A DNA stretch of 64,000 nucleotides from Dimorphilus gyrociliatus. Its lineage: Eukaryota; Animalia; Annelida. Shown here piece by piece: positions 51,901-64,000 of this stretch; within the stretch, counting starts at the first letter, position 1; each line of letters begins with the position of its first letter. The notes under the pieces were generated by a model that did not search any database, had not been told where the DNA came from, and was given only the letters and a program-made list of their open reading frames with translations. Location: positions 2,068,422 to 2,132,421 of the forward strand of contig CAJFCJ010000002.1 in NCBI GenBank assembly GCA_904063045.1. Reading direction: 5' to 3'. The position numbers and the translations under genes were made by a program.

Positions 51901-53026
51901 TCGGTCCAAAATTTACATACCCGATTATCGACACTATTAAATGAATTTATAGGTATAAAAGGTTCCATAACACTCTTTAAAGGTGATATTGGAATTGGAA
52001 CATAAACTATACAATAATAGAACAAAATTGTAGTTTTTTTTTCTTTAGATTTTTGGCTAAACACTCTTTAAAGTATATTTCCCTTCGATTTTATATTCTA
52101 ATAAGAAATCTCACCTAAACTATGCAAGTATTTAACACCGTCCAAAACCATATATAGAACTCTTGTTGCATCTGTTTCAGTAAAGGAACCTTTTGCTATT
52201 ATTCTATCAAAAAGCTCTCCTCCAGTAGCCAATTCCATTACCATATAAACTTTACTAGTACTTTCAAACACCTCAATTAGTTGAATTATATATTGGTGAC
52301 TAACCCTTCTAAGGACTTGTAACTCTGATTCAAAAACCTCTTTTCCCCTTACTCTATCTAACATTTTAATAGCATACGGTTGTTTCGTAATCCGATGTTC
52401 CACTCTAACAACTCTGGAGAAACTTCCTTTCCCTATTAGAGCTTTTATATCGTATTTGGCAGTGACCCTCTGGTCGAATTTCACCTTAATCTTTCCTCTG
52501 GGAGCTACTGGACTAGGTTCTTTCTTCTCCGCCTCCTTTTCTTTTCCCTCCTTCTTATTCACCTATAAAGTGTCATCAATCTAGATTAGACTTGAAAGTA
52601 GTTTTAAAATTGTTACACAATCAATTTAAATCCGTTATAGTCTATTTATAGATAAACTAACTACACAGGCATAAAAGTTGAACAACAGTGACATGGTTTA
52701 ATGAACATGTATAATATATCAATTACTATTAGGATAGAAAGGAAACTTAACAACTTGTTGTATATTGCTCCTCCTTCTTTTATTTTTTATCATCGAATCC
52801 TATCCTTTTAATATTCTTCTGTCTCTCTTCCCCTTCCCACTCTTCTTTTGAAAGAGGGAAGGGAGGGAGAAAGAGAGAGATAGAGGAAGACAATTCGTTT
52901 AGTCGACACTGATTTACAAGAAAAACAAGAAAATAGGCAAATACCGTAGATTCATACCTTATAAATTTCCTCTATCTCCTTCGATTTACGGCCCTGTGGC
53001 TCCAATTTCGAACGCCAACATCCCAT
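46747..53026 (-). CDS. PSKH1: Serine/threonine kinase H (PSKH1-like, CAMK group), 4 exons (53026-52958, 52562-52115, 51681-51365, 47115-46747)
   Basis: MGC N-terminus (myristoylation/palmitoylation type), RVTAKYDIKALIGKGSFSRVVRVEH, HRDLKPEN, DFG and GTSEYIAPE. The exon phases are consistent. Confidence 0.92.
48908..48960. repeat. Compound (GATA)n(GA)n microsatellite in a PSKH intron
   Basis: Visible tandem repeats. Confidence 0.93.
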
Positions 53027-53471
53027 AACATGTCATGTCATCGTCACCGCGACTTTTTCCCTATTGAACAGTAAAGTGTTCAAGTCTACGTTTATAATAA
53101 AATAGTTCCATAAGTTTTTAAATATTTTACAACAGTAGCAATGTTAGTATATTTTTAAAAAATTCAATTTTAATTAAAAATAATATGTGACTAAAAATTT
53201 TACAAACTTGACAAACAAATTTCGGTTTTATTCATAAAAAATATAGAATAAAAGTAGTGCGAGGAAAATACTTCAATAATTCAATATTGGAATAACATCG
53301 TCTAGGCCTTTTAATACAAAGACTACACCTTTCGTATGTTTCTTATACTATATGAATTTTGTACAAACAAAAAAAGAAATGTGGGACAAGCTTGAACAAT
53401 TTTTTACACAATCAATATTTCATGTTACATACTACAAGAATCACACACGCAAATACACAGTATATCTATAC

Positions 53472-53473
<2 letters not shown>

Positions 53474-53515
<42 letters not shown>

Positions 53516-53528
53516 TGTATATACTGTA
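53474..53528. repeat. (TA)n microsatellite ending in two TACTGTA units
   Basis: Visible tandem repeats. Confidence 0.93.
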
Positions 53529-53870
53529 CATATGTATCAGTATAGCCCTTACGATTGGGAATTGAAAATTCTATAGCCTAAGATTAAATAGAGGGCGTCA
53601 ACGGGAAATCTTTTCAATTCTCATAATTCTTTCTCTATTCTTCAATGACATTACAAAAAAAAACTAATGCACAGCAAAAATTTGAAGGATTTTTCTCTTC
53701 TTTCTTCTTTTCTTAAAAAATATTATAGGATAAAAAAAGAGTATGTATTTATATCAGCATTTATTTTTCATACACCTAGATCACTTGATTTTATTAACCC
53801 TATATGTGAACTCCACCTCCTCCTCCTCCTCTACCTTCTTCTTCTTCTCCTTCAACTCAATATATATACA

Positions 53871-53912
<42 letters not shown>

Positions 53913-54675
53913 GTATTTATAAAACTGCAGTTTTTCTCTAAAAGAAGATATCAAATAATTGTAACATTACGCAAATGGTTCTCAATTAGAAAAAAGTAAG
54001 TGTTACGATTGGTCTGTATAAAGAAAATGGGAAACACATAAAAAAAAGAAACGGAGGAACAACTATTATTAACTTATTAAATATTCATAAATGAACTACT
54101 TAATTAGAAACGTTTTCTTTATCTTATACAAACAATGGAGAAGATAGCTATTTATAATTTTATACAAATAAATAGTTTGTTTAATTAAATATCTAATTTT
54201 TCTTTATTAAAAAATTCATAAAAAGTAAAAGAATGAAAATGAAAAAGAAACAAATAAATAAACAAGTAAATAAATAAAACTTTCTACTTTTCTCTTCTTT
54301 TAGTGAAAGGAAGAGAAAACTAAGAAGATGAACAAGGGTAAAAGATATTTGTTGGCCTATTTAAGATTTTCCTTTTTAATTAAGACCATCATTGATCGGT
54401 AAACGTAAATGATTTATCATTCGTTTAATCGACGTTTGTCGTTGCATAGTGTTTCTTCAAACTATATAGATCGAGAAGCATTAAAAAATACGGCCTTAAC
54501 TACCATGAAATATTTACTGTTTAAACAAATAGAATAAAAAAAAAGTTATTGAACCCTGGGATATATTCTCTTCAACATTTGTTTTTTGCTTTTTGGACAT
54601 AAACATTTATTTAACTATTTTGATTTTAATCTAATCTAAAAGTCAAAAGTTAGAGATTTAAGCGATAAGAAGAAA

Positions 54676-54706
<31 letters not shown>

Positions 54707-55466
54707 AAAGTTTTCATACCACTTATATTAATTTAGTAAACTTTTTCTATTCTTTATATCTTAAAAGATAATACTCTATTAGTATAAAAATAACCTACAA
54801 AAGCATTTTTATATATACTTTATCAATATTATAATAAAAAATACCAAATACTAGAAAATATCTAATACTTTCTTTTAATATGTACAACTAATCGCCAGAT
54901 GGTCAAAAAGAAAGAAAGAAAAAGAGAAATTAACAGAAGAAATGTTACAGTAAAAAATAAAATAGAACAGTTTCCTGACAAACATCTATTTATAAGTTAT
55001 TTGAATGCACATATGTTGATTAATTTATTAATTAAGGTATCCTTAAATAATTAAAAAAGTATGAAGGTCACATTAATAATTAGTTCATTTTTCTTATATA
55101 TTTATATATTTTTCAATTTTTCTTCATAAAGAATAGCAAAAACTTTCCTGTCTTTCTCTATCTATCTATCTAGCTATCTCTCTGTCTCTCGCTCTATTTA
55201 TCACTCCCCGTTACTGTACATTTTCATAATTCTCCGTTATCTCTTCTTTCATATTCAAATAACATTAAATTAAATTATTTGTTCAATAATTTCTATTTTC
55301 TTTCTTAATATAGAAAAAATTAAATCAACCATGATATTTTAATTATAAAAGTTAGTAACTATAGATGGAGCTACAGTCTAGATAAAATTTAAATATTGCA
55401 ATTAGTATTATTACTTTTAATATATAAACAAAAGAAAAAGAAGGATATATCTTTCATATCTAAGGA

Positions 55467-56538
55467 ATGAAATATCAAAATCTTCTTTTCTTAACCTGGC
55501 AAATTCTTGTTGAAAATTTGAGGATAAATCGTAAAATATATGTACTGGAAAGAGATACCGTGGAACTAAAATGTTTGATGTTTAGACCACAATTAAACTC
55601 TACAATACAATGGTATAAGAACAACTTATTATTAAGGACAAACAAGCATTCAATCATTATAAATAATGTATCGATGAACAAAGTGGGGATTTATAAATGC
55701 GTTGTCAAATCACGAAAACATATCAAACCCATAAGAACAATTCTTTTGACAATAACAGTTCGTTTAGCATTTTATTCCAATAAGGTTATGAATATTTATT
55801 ACACGTTATATCCGAATAAATCAATTTGCGATCATTTATTAGAGAGGAAATATATAAAGAAATTACAAGTAATAATATTTCTTTCTATTATTATATATCA
55901 TTTATTGATAATCCTAACTATTCCCCCCCCTACCCCCCACCCATAAGGAATTAATACGACAATTCCTGACTGTTAGAAATGTTTATGTCAATATTATTGG
56001 CAATTGTCGACGTATTGTGGAGAAATCTTCTTCTAGGAGAATTTTTAATATTAATATTAAGTGGGCTTTCCTCTATGACCGTTACTATTATGAATTAAAT
56101 AAAATATGCGACGAGCAGTGCCATTATCAACTTCTTCTTAGTATTTTTAACCAAATCATGAGAGAGGTCATTAAGAACTTCTTTAAGAACATCAGATCAA
56201 ATTACTCTCTTGGGAAAATTTCTTCAATAATGATGGAAAATGTTTGTCCTGAAGGTAAACAGCTTATATCAGCTTCTCAACTGAATAAGAATGTTTCGGT
56301 TTGCGTTCTCTGCCAACGAGGCTCGTTTAAAAGGGGCGAAAATTCTAAGAAATGCAATTTATGTCCGGATGGTATGTTTCAGAATCAACTGGGGCGGGAG
56401 AAATGTAAAGTCTGTCCTCAAGGATCGACAACGGTTTACAGAGGGGCTGTATTTGAAGCTGAATGTAAGCCGGATAGTGTCGCTTCGGCGTCCATCTTAG
56501 AAAGATACTATAAAAGAAAAAGACTTAATGAAGCCTAA
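55467..56538 (+). CDS. Secreted Ig-domain plus Cys-rich (GCC2/GCC3-like) protein resembling zona pellucida-binding protein (ZPBP/sp38), 330 aa, 2 exons (55467-55868, 55948-56538)
   Basis: Ig pattern LKC...IQWYKN...GIYKC. A phase-0 intron joins KKLQ|ELIRQFL. The C-terminus has CPEG...CVLCQRGSFK...CNLCPDGMFQ...CKVCPQGS repeats. The ZPBP similarity is from recalled architecture. Confidence 0.6.
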
Positions 56539-56667
56539 TTATTGAATGATCTCGTATTTCACATAATTTCAAAGCAAATAATATAACTCAATGTTTCTCC
56601 TTCCTCTTTTTCTTTATTCATCCGTATCTGTAATCTTTATTTTTGCGATAAAGCACGATTTTAGCTT

Positions 56668-57678
56668 ATGATATATATCATTTTGATCATGTACTTGTCC
56701 GCGGAATTTTTAAATCTGTCGGGAGGAGCTTCTGATTCGGCTTTCCTTCACGGTCAGGCTAAAAGACAAATGACAACCGAAAAGCAATTACCCGATGCTA
56801 TCTTCCAATTATTATCAATTACGACCGTCTCTATTGATATAGAAAGGAATTCTGGTCTGCTTGCTTTGTTTTTTATGAAATAATCATCTTGTTTATTTAT
56901 TCGAAAGTTTTCCTTTGCAGAAAAGGCGCATATAGTTAGTTTTAAGGTGAAACAATCAGGAGAGAGTATACTATTCTCTGGTATGCAAGTTCGAGAACCA
57001 ATTTCCAAAGAAGGCCTAACTAGACGGCAAAGTTTTCAATATTTGGTCAGGAAATTTGACAAAAACGATCTAATGGTTGTGAAACCATCAAGTAATAAAT
57101 CAAAAATTGCCGGACTCGTTGTTCAAGCACCAGATGGCAATACTGTCGGTTATATTTCACCTCAGTAAGTTTGATAAAAACGGGATTTAAATGGAATCTT
57201 ATTAATTACATATCATTATATTGTCTAAATCTAGATCAGATAATATGTTTGATTTATACGACTCTTCGGGATGTTTGTTATATACAACAATTCCAAACTT
57301 TGAAGATGTGTCTTGCTCTTGTTTGTCTGCCAAAAGAAAAAACTTTCCTCCTTCTTATGAAGTATAAGCTAAAATCTATTCAATAAAGTCTATTAATACC
57401 GCTTTCATGAATAAAACTAGTCTCATTAAATACAGGTCAAACCTCAAAATTCTAACGAAGCCTGCGCTAATATAGAGATGATTGGACCAAAAGGAAGAAG
57501 GAATGGAGCAACTCTTAGCTGTTTGTTTATATTCTATAATAATTAACATATTCATAAGTAAATTCTTATATTTTTCCTCTGATCAGATACATCACAATTA
57601 GAAGCTAAGCAAATTGTTGCTTTAATTGGTCTTTCAGTAATTCTCTGTACTTGGGAAGAGGAGTCAGTTAAAGTTTAA
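56668..57678 (+). CDS. Divergent phospholipid scramblase/tubby-fold-like protein, multi-exon
   Basis: VQAPDGNTVGYISP resembles the scramblase VQAPPG.PIGYV motif, and the terminal hydrophobic helix LEAKQIVALIGLSVILCTW resembles the scramblase C-terminal helix. Donors and acceptors are present; the start codon is uncertain. Confidence 0.5.
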
Positions 57679-57959
57679 ACAACAATATTGTTGATGAAAC
57701 AAGAATTCTGTGGATATGTTTTATATCAGTTGTAAAGCTTTAAAACAAATAAAACAAAAACAATTATGATAGTGATAAATTCCTTTTTTGTATCTACTTC
57801 TCTCATTTTACATTCTGTAACAAACGAACTAATATAAACAGGCTTATATATACTGTAGATAAAGAGGCACATAGTCTTTATATACAAAGATATACTTAGC
57901 AATGAATCTTATAAAAAGAAATAAAACATTATTAAAATATAAAATTTATAGGTTTCCTA

Positions 57960-58516
57960 TTAAGTTTTGTTATTTATTTGTTGTAGAACACATCCTTTGA
58001 ATGATGAATATCTAATATCAATTTCTCCAGGTTCCAATTCATCAAATCCATATATTTCATTATAACATTTCTCCGACACACATCTGTTTCGAAAATTTAG
58101 AGAACAAAATCACTTAATTTATATGCAGTTTTTCATCGATTAAACTTCGAGTTCCACATTAAATTGAATATATAAAATAGGTAATACTTATAAAAAAAGA
58201 ACTTTAAAAAAATGTTTGAACTAGTTCAATGATAATAAAAAAAACCCCATACTTTCGTATGCAATTCGTCGATTGCAGACCAGCTAGATGTTTACATAAA
58301 TCAGTATATTCGCATTTTTGTATTGCGCTCTTAATTTTTCTTTCCTGTAAATGGAGACTATCGTTTTGTCAAGTGCCCCAGATAACTATATTATATGATA
58401 CTTACATTCGGTTTTTTTTTCCTGTAACTGTATCTAGGAAATTCAAATTCTTTCACGCACCGTATCTCCAAAATTAAGACCATAAACACATAAATAATCA
58501 GAATCTTACTATTCAT
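57960..58516 (-). CDS. Small secreted Cys-rich DUF4787-family protein, 108 aa, 3 exons (58516-58406, 58344-58253, 58083-57960)
   Basis: Absent from the ORF track. Signal peptide MNSKILIIYVFMVLILEIRC, then TNCIRKCVSEKCYNEIYGFDELEPGEIDIRYSSFKGC, which I recognise as DUF4787. Splice phases are consistent. Confidence 0.8.
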
Positions 58517-58978
58517 TGTCAACAGCGAATTTATAGAACCTAACGAATTTGATTACTTCCCGTTTACTTTTATACCCTCCTGTCGTTCTAAAATCACTTC
58601 AACACTTGTACTGTTGTCAATTAGACACTAATCGTCATCACGGTTTCGTCGAATGCCATGTAGACGGCTGAACCAATGAATTATTCTCGATTCTAGACTT
58701 TATCTAGTAGTCAAGTACACAGGCGACGAGTGCCACAGTAATTGAGTGTTTTACGCTCTTATGTTACCTAACTTTGTTATTGATTAGGAGTTAAGAGAAT
58801 AATTGTTTGTTCAAGATCGTATTCTTTATTAAAATGTCAACCGGTTTTTCTTTTGATTTAAAGTTCTGTTCAAACACTTATGTATTCGATACAAAATAAC
58901 ATAAAATATAAATGAACTATAGCGCCAAAAAATGTTCTAAATGATTTGCTTTGCTTTTTTAGTGTGATTTCTAAAAAT

Positions 58979-60526
<1,548 letters not shown>

Positions 60527-60604
60527 TCAAGAAAGTGTTTAAACCGACGGTTAAGAACGGTATGACCACTGCAGCACACAATTTTTGAATATTAACGGTG
60601 ACAA

Positions 60605-60719
60605 CACGTGACGTGGTGGGCTTTCTCAGCCAATCAGCGAGCACCATTCTGTCACCCTGCCTTGCCGAATATGGTAAAAGTGGGAGGAGTCTAAGCATTT
60701 TACCGGTTTCCTTATATGG
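60605..60719 (-). promoter_or_regulatory. Actin proximal promoter: CArG box CCTTATATGG (60710-60719), CCAAT (60630-60634), CACGTG/TGACGT element (about 60605-60614)
   Basis: Exact motif matches 120-230 nt upstream of the actin ATG; CArG plus CCAAT is a known actin promoter arrangement. Confidence 0.6.
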
Positions 60720-62007
60720 TAAAAATTCTGCAGACTATGGTTTTTATTCAGGCATTCGTTTAAATTTGTTTTCAAACTTATTATTCAAACGGATGTAATA
60801 AAAACTGATTTTCTCCCAAATGGTGTATTTTTGCGTTTAAATATCATATCAATTAAGAAGCGTGTACCGATAAGAGAGATAATTCTAATATCAATTAAAA
60901 TAATAGTTGATAACACCAACTTATCTCTTTCCGCTTATGTTTCTGTTATTAATTACAAATGATTTATGATAATAACATATAAGTGGATGAATCTTTTCTA
61001 TCGACTCTTCCAAAAGTATGAGTATTTCGTGGCATTTCGTAGATTAGTCATACCCTCTTCCGTCGATAGAGTTATGTAACCTTGAAATGAGAAAAGAATA
61101 TTCTATTATCTCCTGTCTGTTGACAATACTATTCTTTAAAGACAAAATGTGCACCAAAGGGCAGTGAGAAACATTGATAAAAAATCTGTTTTAATCGATT
61201 CTATTTTAGTTCTTCAAAAGGAGAATTCTCTTTTCCAGACACTAATTCTCTATGAGTCATTTTGTAAATTTAATAAAGACCACAACTGTCATATAAATTC
61301 TTTTACTCTCTTTCTCTTCTCTCTATCTCTTTTTGTTTTATATGCAAATCTGCTTTCTAATGTATAGTTCTGTTTATTTTTTTTTTGCATTTAAGATTTT
61401 TAAGTAAATTTCAAGCCTATGTGGAATAGATTAATTTAAATAGTCACCATTTTTACTTAATCATGAATACTGCTATATGAAAAATCTTATTATTCATAGC
61501 TTCTACTAGTCGACAAAGACGTTGCGAATACACTCAATTCTCTATAATGGACGTTACTGTAGACATATATTTCCAGGCAATAATTGGGGTATTAAAATTA
61601 ATCATTTTTGTATTTTAAAGAAACGCTCCCTCCCCCCGTCCTTAATGATTATTTTATATGTTATTGCATCAGCTAAAATATATAGATTTTAATCGATACT
61701 GCACTAATTAACAAAATATACAGTAAAAATTTCTTGTATAAATGTTATATATTTTTAAATATTCCCTTATATGGACATTGTTAAAACAAAACAACACCAG
61801 GCGAGGCATATTCTTGTATGCAGTTATAGTCCTATAGGCCAACATAGTTCAATAATATTTATATTAAAGAGTAGCAAAACTTCTGTAATAAGAATTTCAT
61901 ATTGAAAGATTGAAAAAAAGACACAGAATTCTAAACTGGTTAGTCGTTTAGTTTACGAATTTCCATTCTATATTCTTTTACTAATAGCTATTCATATTTC
62001 GCTTCAG

Positions 62008-62238
62008 GGATTTTGTAAAGTTTTAGAAATCAAGTCAGGTTCGTATAGGATGCCATTTTTTAAAGGAGGATTAGATATTAAAGAAGACGTATACATTGCA
62101 AAAAATTACTCAAAACTTAGTAATTTCTATATAGTTATATTTTCTTACAGAGGTGTTAGACTGCTTTCTGATCTGTTTAGTAGATTATTTATGTGTTCAT
62201 GCAATACGGTCAATATTCGTTGTTGTATGATCTCGTAA
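62008..62238 (+). CDS. Probable terminal exon of an unidentified gene ending in a CaaX box (RCCMIS*)
   Basis: Acceptor TTCGCTTCAG at 62007, then 77 open codons ending CCMIS-stop. Upstream exons in 60970-61900 were not resolved. Confidence 0.35.
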   Translation, partial: GFCKVLEIKSGSYRMPFFKGGLDIKEDVYIAKNYSKLSNFYIVIFSYRGVRLLSDLFSRLFMCSCNTVNIRCCMIS

Positions 62239-62619
62239 CCCAAGTTCATCCATTCTTGCTGAAGATGCCAACATAGAACCTCCCCCCACCCCCAATCCAT
62301 GTGGATCGATCCCTATTTTCAGCACATTTTCATCTCGACTCTATGCCATTAAATAACGAGCCAGCACCAGTTGCATCATATATTTATAATATATTTCTTT
62401 CTACTGTCATATTTTTTATTACAAAAACTGTCAAGGATTTCATGAATGCCTAATAGACTGTCTCTTCCGATTAAAAGTGCTTGAAAGAGGACTTCTGGTG
62501 CGGTGGATCTTCAATTTTCAATTTTTTTGTTAGTTACAGTTCATCCATCTGGTAATATTAGAACTATGCAATCCACTTCCGTTATCAATAGCTATAGGTG
62601 CTAAACGTTCTCCAGCCAT
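62239..62619 (-). pseudogene. Degraded actin/actin-related pseudogene with large internal deletion
   Basis: Collinear actin-like blocks: MAGERLAPIAIDNGSG, LPDG*TVT, APEVLFQ...LGIHE, ATGAGSLFNGIESR* and DRSTWIGG/GSMLAS. They contain in-frame stops and frameshifts. Confidence 0.75.
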
Positions 62620-63333
62620 CCTTTTGATAGAAATAATGAACAAATTTTCTTCAACAGACGAAGATTTATTAGTGTAGTGATTTCTATTGAATAATTCTTC
62701 AAAAAGTTTTTAACAGTACGTCAGTAATTTGAATCAAAGTTCTTTTTGTTTATTGGTATGTGTAGTCATTAGTTACAACAGAGAGCTAAGTCTTTTGAAA
62801 CAAGTTTCGAAAAAGTACGCAGCAGACAGGTCTTTCTCGTTAAGGCTAATAAAATAGATAAGATCATGCAAATCTCCATCATTGATTATCTGATGACCCT
62901 AAGATGTTTTCTATAGATAAAGCCATCATTTACTTCAAGCTAAGACATATGTACTAGTATCTACTTGATATCTTTAAACCGGTGAAGTTGAAATATTTCT
63001 CATTCGAAAATATTTGAAATTTATTAAAAAGATATGTCTTCCCTTTAAATCATATATTATCGTCTTTGTTCTTAAACACCAAACGAGAAATAGAGTATTT
63101 ACACAATGCTCTATTGAAATAATCTCAATTGATATATATAAAAGTTTACTAATTCATTCGTGATTCAAATTATGCAGATCATTCGGCAGTTGAATCTATT
63201 TAACATTCAATTCTTGATTGCATAAACTTAATACTGTAAATCCAATCTATTCCATCTTTTATATGGAGAATAATTGAAGTATAAAAAGTATTTTCAAGAG
63301 AATTATTTTTCATAGTTGATTTTATAATAAATT

Positions 63334-63478
63334 TCAGAATAAATCTTCAATATTAAAATCATCAAAATCGCTTCCCAATGAGTCGAAGGGTGGTGGAAAA
63401 TCTTTTAAAAAGTTCTCTTCTCCTTCGAATGGTTCATTTTCGTTTGTTACATTCAACAAATTAATATCCTTTTCAGAA
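63334..63478 (-). CDS. Possible acidic terminal exon of a gene whose 5' part lies to the right
   Basis: Acceptor at 63479-63480, then SEKDINLLNVTNENEPFEGEENFLKDFPPPFDSLGSDFDDFNIEDLF*. No upstream exons assigned. Confidence 0.35.
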
Positions 63479-64000
63479 CTGTGTTACCATAATTATTAAT
63501 TTAAAGAAATTATTAAGCTTTCTTTATATATTTAAAACATTGATTTAAAAAGACATGAGTTATAACTGAATAACTATCAGTTCAATGTTCGGTAGGTATG
63601 TCAGATATTGATTAGATAAATATTTTCATTTTCTTGTTTCATCTTATCCCCCTTCCCTTCCCACCCTTGTCCCAAACAGGAAAAAATGACTAATAATCGT
63701 GGGTAAAATTACAAAAGCGCTAAAGTATTGATCACTTTTCTGTTAAATACTGAATAATAAAAAGCTAAAAAAAGACTTTCCTGATTTTTGATACCTGTGA
63801 CTAACTTGATTCTGGGTTAGATGTAGTAATTTTTAGTTGTTAAATGATTAAGAAGCAGTGTAAGCTTCTTTATTAGTTAAAATTAAGCGATTTGTTATAT
63901 TATACTGCATTATGAACATATAAATACGTAAAATAACAGATAACATATTTATATATTTGATGTTGTGAATAATCGTTGATGTAAAAATTTAAAATATATA

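Noticed and set aside
50690-54460. TTGCATAG matches (near 50690 and 54442) resembling the miR-153 5' end
   Set aside because: Only 8-9 nt match and there is no supporting hairpin.

Overview
AT-rich, gene-dense eukaryotic DNA from an animal genome with short GT-AG introns; the gene set and invertebrate-type actin suggest a compact bilaterian invertebrate genome, but the species cannot be determined here. Genes from left to right: an intronless prominin (-); an SLC6 glycine/amino-acid transporter (-) that probably hosts MTFP1 (+) in its first intron; RAB23 (-) head-to-head with USP14 (+); an aquaporin (-); an unknown acidic protein (-); a degenerate neprilysin/M13-like protein (+); mind bomb 1 (MIB1, -, 15 kb); CABLES (+) head-to-head with MIB1; a PSKH kinase (-); ZPBP-like, scramblase-like and DUF4787 genes; actin (-); and an actin-like pseudogene. 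The most notable structure is inside MIB1. One 5.1-kb intron carries, antisense, the miR-1 and miR-133 hairpins, two identical CArG boxes, and a candidate 5-exon, 144-aa gene just upstream of miR-1 that I could not assign to any family. Another 5.1-kb intron carries two tandem intronless RING/TRIM-like genes on the host strand. All exon models and family calls were made by eye, without database searches.
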